DNA of 64,000 nucleotides from an uncultured bacterium (GTDB taxonomy: Bacteria > Patescibacteriota > Minisyncoccia > UBA6257 > GWB1-50-10): assembly GCA_903827975.1 (NCBI GenBank), contig CAIKKG010000027.1, forward strand, positions 5,403-69,402, read 5' to 3'. Shown one piece after another: positions 56,814 to 64,000 of this stretch. A program made the translations under genes and the position numbers. The notes under the pieces are model-generated. The model had not been told where the DNA came from. It saw only the letters and a list, made by a program, of their open reading frames with translations, and ran no database searches. The stretch's first letter is position 1, and the number at the start of each line of letters is the position of its first letter.

Positions 56814-58280
56814 TTATGCTTTTATTTTCTGTATAAGAATTTTAGCATCCTGGATGACCGGATCTTTAAGTGTGATAAGTGCTGCGACATATATAAGTAT
56901 CGATAGTAAAACAATCGGCATTATGTGCATGCCAATAGTCATGAACCAGTAGTCTGCAAGTCCCATTACAATAGATGCGATTAGTGGCGTTTTTATGTGA
57001 TAAAAAAGTCTGAATGGAAGAATGCGTTGTGCAAATCGATTCATTATTGAATTGAATCCTGCGGCTACGATTAGTGTGGCTGCGGCACATCCCGCAATTC
57101 CAAACGGAATTATGAGTGCGTAGTCGAGTGCGACATTCATGAGTACAGCCGTTCCAACATAGAGCGCGACATCGCGCTGTTTGTGATTGGCAAGAATAAA
57201 ATTACCGATAAGTGTTCCAGGAAAGACGAATAGAATCGTAGCCATAAATATCTGGAAGGTGAGTGTTGCTGGAAGATATGCGGTTCCAAAGACTGCGCGC
57301 ATGAGCGGTTCTCCAAGCATGATGCCTCCTATCGTTAGCGGAATTGCAACACTAAATAAAATCGCCATACTTTTCTCCATGAGATTTTTCTGTGTCTCCT
57401 CATCCCTTAGCGCGACTGCACGTGAGAGTGCTGTAAATATTGCAGACGCTATAACAGTCGGAATCATATATAAGACCTGAATAATTCTCTGAGCTGCAGA
57501 ATAGAGTCCGATTGCAGTTGAGTTTGTAAGCCAACCGAGCATTACAACGTCGAGACTCAACATGAAAGAACCAAGGAGCCCAATGATTGCAGTTGCCCAG
57601 GCAGCATCCAATATTTCCTTTGCATACTCCATTTTGAAATTCGCAACGATGCGCACAAACTCCTCACGAAGAAGTACGAAGCCCGCAAGTGAGCCGACAA
57701 GTACGCTTCCCACATATGCGTAGGTTATTGCGTATGCAGTTCTCGAGTAGAAGAGAATGCCGACACAAAAAATAGCGATTGCAATATTTGTGAGCATTGT
57801 AATAAATGCTTCGCGCTCCATCTTCTCTTGTGAACGGAAGTAGGCGCTCCAGAAATCTCTTAGGTTATCGAATACTACGATCATAGCTACTAGAGGCATG
57901 AGTGCTGTTGCGCCAGGAATATTAGAGAAGCTTGGTGCTATGAATATAACTGCGAGCGCTGTGAGAATTAATAAGACAACCTTCATCCAGAATGCTGTCG
58001 CGAAATATGCGCGTGCCTGTTCTGGTTTTTGTGCAGCATTGCGCGTGAGTACGGAATTAATGCCAATGTCCGCGAAGAGTGTGAAAAACCCCGCAAGTCC
58101 GATTGCGTAGGAGAACACACCATATTCAGAGGTTCCGAGCATGCGTGCGACGTAGATGATTGCGAATGCGCGGATTGCGCGCCCACCAACCTGACTTAAC
58201 GAAAGCCAGAACGCATTTTTTACGATTGTTTGAGAGGAGGTTTTATTTTCAAGGAGAAGCGACTTAATTCTGCGAATCAT
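56814..58280 (-). CDS. polysaccharide flippase (Wzx/MOP superfamily), copy 2
   Basis: 488 aa. Paralogous N-terminus TIVKNAFWLSLS. Confidence 0.65.
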   Translation of the reverse strand: MIRRIKSLLLENKTSSQTIVKNAFWLSLSQVGGRAIRAFAIIYVARMLGTSEYGVFSYAIGLAGFFTLFADIGINSVLTRNAAQKPEQARAYFATAFWMKVVLLILTALAVIFIAPSFSNIPGATALMPLVAMIVVFDNLRDFWSAYFRSQEKMEREAFITMLTNIAIAIFCVGILFYSRTAYAITYAYVGSVLVGSLAGFVLLREEFVRIVANFKMEYAKEILDAAWATAIIGLLGSFMLSLDVVMLGWLTNSTAIGLYSAAQRIIQVLYMIPTVIASAIFTALSRAVALRDEETQKNLMEKSMAILFSVAIPLTIGGIMLGEPLMRAVFGTAYLPATLTFQIFMATILFVFPGTLIGNFILANHKQRDVALYVGTAVLMNVALDYALIIPFGIAGCAAATLIVAAGFNSIMNRFAQRILPFRLFYHIKTPLIASIVMGLADYWFMTIGMHIMPIVLLSILIYVAALITLKDPVIQDAKILIQKIKA

Positions 58281-58286
58281 GCGATT

Positions 58287-59606
58287 TTATTTGGTATACG
58301 AAGTGAATAAATATTTTACTGTGCGGACGAAGATTAGAAAATCTAAAAAGAGTGAACGATTCTTAATGTAGTACACATCATAACAAAGCTTCTCATATGC
58401 TTCTTCAAACGATGCACTTGGTCTGAAGCAGACCTGAGCCCATCCCGTGAGTCCCGGTTTAATCACATGGCGGATATCGTAGTAGGGGAATTTCTCGTAT
58501 TGGGCGGAGAGCTCTGTGCTCTCTGGTCTTGGTCCAACGAATGAAATATCATTTTTTAAAATATTTATGATTTGTGGAAGCTCATCTAAATGCGTGTAGC
58601 GTAAGAGTGCGCCAACCTTTGTGATGCGTGAATCATTTTTTTCTGTCCATGCTGGCCCACCCGTATTTGTGCGCATGGTTCTGAATTTATAAATAGTAAA
58701 TTTCTTTCCATTCTTTCCTGTTCGATCCTGTGTATAAATTACCGGACCCTTTGAGGAAAGTCTTATGAGCACAGCAATTAAAAGCGCTGGAAGAATAAAT
58801 ATTGCACCTACTAGAAGTGCGCCGAAAATATCCTCTGCGCGTTTTATCATGTCATAAGCTGGGCGTCGCGTGGAAATATTCTCAATAAACCAATTCTCCT
58901 CAAGTTCTTTTAATGGAGCCTTCTCAAAAATAGATTCATAAAAATCTGAAAAACTCACAACGGAGATTTCAAGTGGGAGTAATTTATATACCGAGCGGAC
59001 TGCTGAGAAGTCTTTTGAAATGCTGTGTTGCATTACGACGAGCTCAGCATTTTTTAAATGAATAATTTCTGCGAGTGAATCCAATTTTTCTTTTGTTGGA
59101 ATTTTAATCCATTCAACAATCTTGTAATCACTGTTCTTGTTCTCCTCAATGTATTTTGCAACATCATCTGTAAGAGGTGAGTCGCCGATAATAATTACGT
59201 TGAGTGCCCCAGACTTTGAAAAGTGAAGTGCTAGCATTCTCCAAAAATATGAAAATATGAGAAATATTCCCGCGAATAAAAATAGATTTGCGCGCGGGGT
59301 AAATTCAAAGAATTTAGGGAAGAGATAGAAGGCCATTATCGAGCCCATCGTTCCAATTACTATAGAGCGGAAAAGTGCTCTGAAAAGCCAGGCGCGATTT
59401 CCGAATGAGCGGTACTCGTAGAGGTTATTCCAATAGAAGGCTAGGCCCCAGATTAAGAGGATTGAGGTGAATGGGGGAAAGTGTACTAAAAAGCCCAAAC
59501 CAAGTGTGGAGGGGTTTTGATAGCGCACAATGATCATTGTGGCGAGTGCTGCGTAGAATACGAGGATGTCTCCCACAAGGAAAAGCCCCTTTTTTAGTGT
59601 ACCCAT
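58287..59606 (-). CDS. undecaprenyl-phosphate sugar phosphotransferase (bacterial sugar transferase family)
   Basis: C-terminus DELPQIINILKNDISFVGPRPE. Confidence 0.75.
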   Translation of the reverse strand: MGTLKKGLFLVGDILVFYAALATMIIVRYQNPSTLGLGFLVHFPPFTSILLIWGLAFYWNNLYEYRSFGNRAWLFRALFRSIVIGTMGSIMAFYLFPKFFEFTPRANLFLFAGIFLIFSYFWRMLALHFSKSGALNVIIIGDSPLTDDVAKYIEENKNSDYKIVEWIKIPTKEKLDSLAEIIHLKNAELVVMQHSISKDFSAVRSVYKLLPLEISVVSFSDFYESIFEKAPLKELEENWFIENISTRRPAYDMIKRAEDIFGALLVGAIFILPALLIAVLIRLSSKGPVIYTQDRTGKNGKKFTIYKFRTMRTNTGGPAWTEKNDSRITKVGALLRYTHLDELPQIINILKNDISFVGPRPESTELSAQYEKFPYYDIRHVIKPGLTGWAQVCFRPSASFEEAYEKLCYDVYYIKNRSLFLDFLIFVRTVKYLFTSYTK

Positions 59607-59779
59607 ATAATTAGGCTTATATTACCTTGTTTTTTACCTATTTGGAAGTAAAAAGGCATTGTGTCAAATTGACAAAACACGCCTTTAGTGCTATTATTTT
59701 TACAGTTCAACGGTTCGCTTTTGAGGCCCCGCATAGTGCGAGGATAAGAAAGTGGCCACTAATGTAATAGGGAGGTAGC

Positions 59780-60316
59780 ATGAACGGGAATAAAACATCC
59801 ACTGTAATGGCACTCGCACTTTCGAAGGCGGGCGTGAACGAAACAAAAAACACGTTCGTGAAGGTTGCGGACGTTCGAATCGCAGTTCCAACGAGCTGGA
59901 ATCACGGAACCGTGATTTCCGAGTTCAGCAAGGAATTCAGGAGCCAGGCCTTCAAGGTCGACAAGGATATCACCGATAGCCTGATCTCCACTCAGGGCTT
60001 CGTCCCTGGTCGCCAGTACAGGATGAGGCTGTTCAGTCACAACTCTGCCAGCATGGCATCCTGTCTCGAATTCCTCGAGTCTCAGGGCGCACTTCTGGTG
60101 GGTGCTCATGGCCTGGTGGCTGCAGCAATGCTGAAGCCCTACGAGCTGGTCATCAAGACCGGCAAGGAGGTCTTCTCGCTCGCCGAGCTTAAGGTCCTGC
60201 CGGTCTACGAGGATGGGACCCCGATGGTCCCCATCATGACCCGAGGCTTCTTCGGCCTCGTGCCGATCGACGCCATCTCGAGCGAGCATCTCATGCTCTG
60301 CGTCACCACAAAGTGA
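59780..60316 (+). CDS. hypothetical protein encoded by a high-GC (about 58%) segment, likely horizontally acquired
   Basis: Clean 178-aa ORF, RBS gggagg, terminator at 60335-60363. Codon third positions are G/C-rich, unlike neighbouring genes. Confidence 0.55.
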   Translation: MNGNKTSTVMALALSKAGVNETKNTFVKVADVRIAVPTSWNHGTVISEFSKEFRSQAFKVDKDITDSLISTQGFVPGRQYRMRLFSHNSASMASCLEFLESQGALLVGAHGLVAAAMLKPYELVIKTGKEVFSLAELKVLPVYEDGTPMVPIMTRGFFGLVPIDAISSEHLMLCVTTK

Positions 60317-60406
60317 CTCAGAGTGCAAAATACCGAGCCCCATTAATTTGGGGCTCTTTTTTATTTATTTATTTGACGAGAAAAATGTATGGGGTAAACT
60401 TTATGA

Positions 60407-61147
60407 ATGGAAGAAAATAAAAATGAAACAAGTTCGAGGGGTAATGATAAGATGTTGCCAGCAAGTATTATAATTGCAGCAGTTCTTATTATGGTTGGTT
60501 TGGTTTATAACGCTGGTAAAAAAGATTTGTCTGCTGGAAATCAGGCTAATCAGTTAGCCGCAGCACAAAATCAGCCGACTCAGGAAACTGGCTCACCGGA
60601 AAAGGTTAGAGCATTTAGTAAAGAGGATCACGTTCTTGGAGATCCAAATGCTCCTGTAAAATTCATTATGTTTTCAGATTTCGAATGTCCATATTGTAAG
60701 ACATTTCATGAGACAGTGAAAAAATTATCAACTGAGTATGAAGGGAGGGTAGCATTTGTATTTCGTCAGTTTCCAATGCATTCAAAATCAGGAACTGAGG
60801 CTGTTGCGACAGAATGTGCAGCATCATTTGGAGGAAGCGAAAAGTTCTGGGCATTTGCAGATGAGATATTTGCAACAACTCCTTCAAACGACGGACTTGA
60901 CCTAGCACAACTTCCAAAGATTGCAGTAAAACTAGGATTCGATGAGGCTGCATTTAATACATGTCTTAAGAGTGGAAAATTTGAAGACAGAATTAAGGCA
61001 GACATGAAGGACGCATCAGCTGCGGGACTTCAGGGAACCCCATACACTGTTATCGTTGCACCGAGTGGAAATGTAATTACTGTTAACGGAGCATATCCTT
61101 ACGAGGCAGTAAAAGAGAAAATCGAACAGGCGTTAAAACTTAAATAA
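60407..61147 (+). CDS. DsbA-family thiol:disulfide oxidoreductase
   Basis: FECPYCKTFH CxxC. N-terminal TM. Confidence 0.75.
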   Translation: MEENKNETSSRGNDKMLPASIIIAAVLIMVGLVYNAGKKDLSAGNQANQLAAAQNQPTQETGSPEKVRAFSKEDHVLGDPNAPVKFIMFSDFECPYCKTFHETVKKLSTEYEGRVAFVFRQFPMHSKSGTEAVATECAASFGGSEKFWAFADEIFATTPSNDGLDLAQLPKIAVKLGFDEAAFNTCLKSGKFEDRIKADMKDASAAGLQGTPYTVIVAPSGNVITVNGAYPYEAVKEKIEQALKLK

Positions 61148-61160
61148 TTTCGCAATTAAT

Positions 61161-61325
61161 ATGCGATGGAATCATTGGACTATTTTGGGATTCGCCGGGT
61201 GGCTTTTCATCTCTCCATGGATATTAGGGTTTTCCGCATTTAATTTAGCTTTGTGGAATAATATATTGGTTGGTGGGTTTGTTGCACTTCTTGTTTTTTG
61301 GGATTTCGTACCACCAGAGGAATAA
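61161..61325 (+). CDS. small two-TM membrane protein with SPW motif (not in the ORF track, 54 aa)
   Basis: MRWNHWTILGFAGWLFISPWILGF... Confidence 0.3.
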   Translation: MRWNHWTILGFAGWLFISPWILGFSAFNLALWNNILVGGFVALLVFWDFVPPEE

Positions 61326-61353
61326 AGAATTTAAAAAATAAAAATATTAATAC

Positions 61354-62289
61354 ATGCATGATTTAATTATTATTGGTGGTGGTCCCGCTGGCGTTTCTGC
61401 TGGTATTTATGCAGCACGCAAAAAAATGAAGTCAGCGATCATAACAGATATGTTGAGTGGGCAGTCAGTTGTATCAGTAGATATTCAGAACTGGGTTGGT
61501 ACTCCATCTATTTCTGGATTTGATCTAGCTCAATCACTCGAGACACATCTTCGCGGGCAGGGTGGTATTGATATCATGGATGGTGAGCGCGCAATAAAGA
61601 TTGAAAAAAAAGAGGACGGCTCATTCTTGGTCACATTACAATCAGGAAAGACTATCGAGACAAAGAATATTTTATTAACAACTGGTAGCAGGCATAGAAA
61701 ACTAGGAACTCCAAACGAGGAAAGGTTTGAAGGACATGGACTTGTGTATTGTGCAATTTGTGATGCACCACTTTTCAAAGGAAAGGATGTTGCAGTTGTT
61801 GGCGGTGGAAACTCAGGCCTTGAGTCTGTAGTAGATCTCATGCAATATGCAAAAAAGATTTATCTTTTGCATCACGGAACAGCACTTAAGGGAGATCCGA
61901 CTACGCAGGAAAAAGTTTTAAATCATGAAAATGTTGAAGTTATTTTTAACGCCGAAACAAAAGAAATTCTAGGAGAAGATAAATTGGTTAATGGATTGGT
62001 ATACGAAGATTTAAAAACGGGGGAGAAAAAAACACTTTCAGTTCAGGGTGTGTTTGTTGAAATCGGCGTTCAGCCGAACAGTGAGCTCGTAAAAGATTTT
62101 GTAAATCTAAGCGAGTATGGACATATTATTGTTGATCCGAGAACGCAGAAAACATCTGCCCCAGGTATCTGGGCGGCCGGTGATGTTACAGATTGTCCTT
62201 ACAGGCAAAATAATATTTCTGCCGGTGATGCGATAAAAGCAGTTTTAAATATCTACGAAGATGTTTATGTTAGGGGAAAGAGTGTATAA
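61354..62289 (+). CDS. trxB: thioredoxin-disulfide reductase
   Basis: FAD site IIGGGPAGVSAGIYAARK, redox CAICD, NADPH site VVGGGNSG. Confidence 0.8.
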   Translation: MHDLIIIGGGPAGVSAGIYAARKKMKSAIITDMLSGQSVVSVDIQNWVGTPSISGFDLAQSLETHLRGQGGIDIMDGERAIKIEKKEDGSFLVTLQSGKTIETKNILLTTGSRHRKLGTPNEERFEGHGLVYCAICDAPLFKGKDVAVVGGGNSGLESVVDLMQYAKKIYLLHHGTALKGDPTTQEKVLNHENVEVIFNAETKEILGEDKLVNGLVYEDLKTGEKKTLSVQGVFVEIGVQPNSELVKDFVNLSEYGHIIVDPRTQKTSAPGIWAAGDVTDCPYRQNNISAGDAIKAVLNIYEDVYVRGKSV

Positions 62290-62328
62290 AATGTTTTCAA
62301 ATTTATGAGTGTGCTATAATTTATCAAT

Positions 62329-62790
62329 ATGCGTATAAACAAATATTTACTTATCGGTATCGGGTTGGTCTTGTTAGCGGGCGTCTTCGGTGGAGTATCC
62401 TATTTCATGGGAGGTAGGTCATCTGACGATGTTAAGATGTCAGAGTTTACAGCGGTGTTCTTGAAGACAGGTGATTTGTACTTCGGAAAGGTTTCTAACT
62501 CACCAAACTTCGGTTTGAAACAGCCTTATGTTTTGCAGATTAACAACACAAGCAAGGAGAATCCTGTAAGCGTACAGAGATTCAATAAAGTATTCTGGGG
62601 TCCAGAAGATTTTATCAGTATCAATCGTGATGAGGTTGTATGGACAACACGTCTACGCGCTGACAGCAAGCTAGTGGAGACATTTATCAGCAATCCTGAT
62701 TTAACTCCTCCTGCAGAGTCAGCACAGAATGGAGCTTCTCAGGCAGTACCGCCTGCAGCAAAGGCACCAGTAGCAGAGCCAAAGCAATAA
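62329..62790 (+). CDS. membrane-anchored hypothetical protein
   Basis: N-terminal TM. Confidence 0.4.
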   Translation: MRINKYLLIGIGLVLLAGVFGGVSYFMGGRSSDDVKMSEFTAVFLKTGDLYFGKVSNSPNFGLKQPYVLQINNTSKENPVSVQRFNKVFWGPEDFISINRDEVVWTTRLRADSKLVETFISNPDLTPPAESAQNGASQAVPPAAKAPVAEPKQ

Positions 62791-62872
62791 TCAGAGTTGA
62801 TTTTAAAAATCCGATGCGACAAACCGCATCGGATTTTGCTATTATATATAGAAGGATGGGTAATCGCGTATT

Positions 62873-63316
62873 ATGCGAGAACAAGAAAATAATTTGCTAA
62901 AAAAAAGTATTAAGCGGGCAAATCAAAAACGGTCAGGACAGGCAACATTGTCATTCATCCTATTGGTGAGCGGTCTTGTTTTAGAAATCGCGATAGCGGG
63001 CACGTTCGTTACATATTTTTCAAGTATATCCGCGCTCGGTGAGAGGCTTTCCGCGAGAGCATTTACAGTCGCAAGTTCAGGTATACGCGATGCACAGATG
63101 CGACTCACTAGAAGTAAGAATTTTACTGGACAATTCACTTTGCAACTTGGCAGTGATTCTGCGATAGTTAATATAGCGCGTACCTCGAATATTTACACGG
63201 TGACTTCGGTTGGAGTTGCTGGTACTCGCCAGAGAAAATTTGTAGCAACTATAGTTGTTGATCAAGTATCTGGTGCTGTTGTTACGCAAGCAATAACTGA
63301 GCAGGCAGTCCAATAA
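62873..63316 (+). CDS. hypothetical protein with pilin-like hydrophobic N-terminal segment
   Basis: GQATLSFILLVSGLVLE. Confidence 0.35.
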   Translation: MREQENNLLKKSIKRANQKRSGQATLSFILLVSGLVLEIAIAGTFVTYFSSISALGERLSARAFTVASSGIRDAQMRLTRSKNFTGQFTLQLGSDSAIVNIARTSNIYTVTSVGVAGTRQRKFVATIVVDQVSGAVVTQAITEQAVQ

Positions 63317-63326
63317 CCTCATTTTT

Positions 63327-64000
63327 ATGGAAACTAAAAATCCTTGGGAAAAAATAAAATCATTTTTCACCGAACCCACACCTGGGCAACACAAAGATAT
63401 TCCGCATATCCCAGAAAACATCAAACAGAATTTAGAAGTTAATAAAAAGCCTAAAGAGGTTAATTTTACTGACGAGCCAAAGCCATTAGAGCAGTTCAAA
63501 TCATTTTTCAAGAAACTCGTAGAGGAACCAAAAAAAGAAACTCCTCATGCGCCAGAGGTTAAGAAAGTTGAAGCTCCGATTGTTAAACCAGTTGAGGTAA
63601 AGAAATCCACAACACCAAATCCATTTTCAAATTGGTTTAAGTCAGAGCCAAAGAAAGAAATGCCTCATGCACCAGAGGTTGTTAAGCACGCGCCTGAGGT
63701 AAAGAAGCCAGTGACACAAAATCCATTTTCTACATGGTTCAATTCTGTTATGAAGAAAGAAGCGCCAAAAGTAGAGGCACCAAAGAAAGAAACTCCTCAT
63801 GCGCCAGAGGTTAAGAAAGTTGAAGCTCCAGTTGTTAAACTAGTTGAGGTAAAGAAACCCGCAACACCAAATCCATTTTCAAATTGGTTTAAGTCAGAGC
63901 CAAAAAAAGAAATGCCTCATGCGCCAGAGGTAAAGAAAGTTGAAGCTCCAGTTATTAAACCTGTCTCCGAGATAAATAAATCATTTGAAAAAGTAACCTC
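63327..64000 (+). CDS. repeat-containing protein (3' partial at window edge)
   Basis: Tandem peptide repeats ETPHAPEVKKVEAP.VKPVEVKK..TPNPFSNWFKSEPKKEMPHAPEV. Confidence 0.4.
   Translation, partial: METKNPWEKIKSFFTEPTPGQHKDIPHIPENIKQNLEVNKKPKEVNFTDEPKPLEQFKSFFKKLVEEPKKETPHAPEVKKVEAPIVKPVEVKKSTTPNPFSNWFKSEPKKEMPHAPEVVKHAPEVKKPVTQNPFSTWFNSVMKKEAPKVEAPKKETPHAPEVKKVEAPVVKLVEVKKPATPNPFSNWFKSEPKKEMPHAPEVKKVEAPVIKPVSEINKSFEKVT

Noticed and set aside
59759-60343. 194-aa minus-strand ORF antisense to the high-GC gene
   Set aside because: Long antisense ORFs are expected in GC-rich coding DNA. The plus-strand ORF has the RBS, the terminator and a coherent codon pattern.
1-64000. CRISPR arrays, integrase, transposase or restriction-modification genes
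   Set aside because: No spacer-repeat array and no recognisable recombinase or nuclease ORF was found in any frame. The coding tandem repeats at 63.4-64.0 kb are a repeat protein, not a CRISPR array.

Overview
This is an AT-rich (roughly 35-40% GC) bacterial chromosomal window with short intergenic regions and many GC-clamped hairpin terminators. Gene content and style suggest a small-genome, CPR/Parcubacteria-like organism; that assignment is an inference and is not proven by the sequence. About 80 protein-coding genes are present. Housekeeping genes include trpS, RNase J, RNase Y, secG, gpmI, hup, rlmH, clpB, htrA, trxB, a DsbA-like oxidoreductase, a cysteine desulfurase, a ZnuBC-like ABC pair and an ECF sigma/anti-sigma pair. 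Positions 42,010-59,606 hold a polysaccharide/glycosylation cluster: AsnB-like amidotransferase, UDP-GlcNAc 2-epimerase, PseB-like dehydratase, FdtA-like ketoisomerase plus formyltransferase, glycosyltransferases, two Wzx flippases and a priming sugar transferase. It is preceded by an 1126-aa surface protein carrying a peptidoglycan-binding domain. Six tRNA genes are recognisable: Leu-CAG, Gly-TCC, Arg-TCT, Pro-TGG, His-GTG, and a Phe-GAA gene split by a roughly 220-nt group I intron in the anticodon loop. The most unusual signal is non-coding. Four of the six tRNA genes are followed by a stereotyped module: a terminator, an inverted copy of the tRNA's own T-loop/3' stem, a conserved GC-rich core of 70-100 nt, then a direct repeat of the tRNA 3' end with a duplicated terminator. 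The cores fall into two sequence families. A divergent family-2 copy also sits inside a roughly 340-bp GC-rich non-coding island at 29.2-29.5 kb. Other notable items are two tandem pairs of paralogous small proteins (one pair behind a palindromic promoter/operator), an ArfB-like protein with GGQ changed to GGH, a high-GC foreign-looking ORF at 59.8 kb, and a direct-repeat array upstream of the surface-protein gene. No CRISPR array and no recognisable integrase, transposase, reverse transcriptase or nuclease gene is present.
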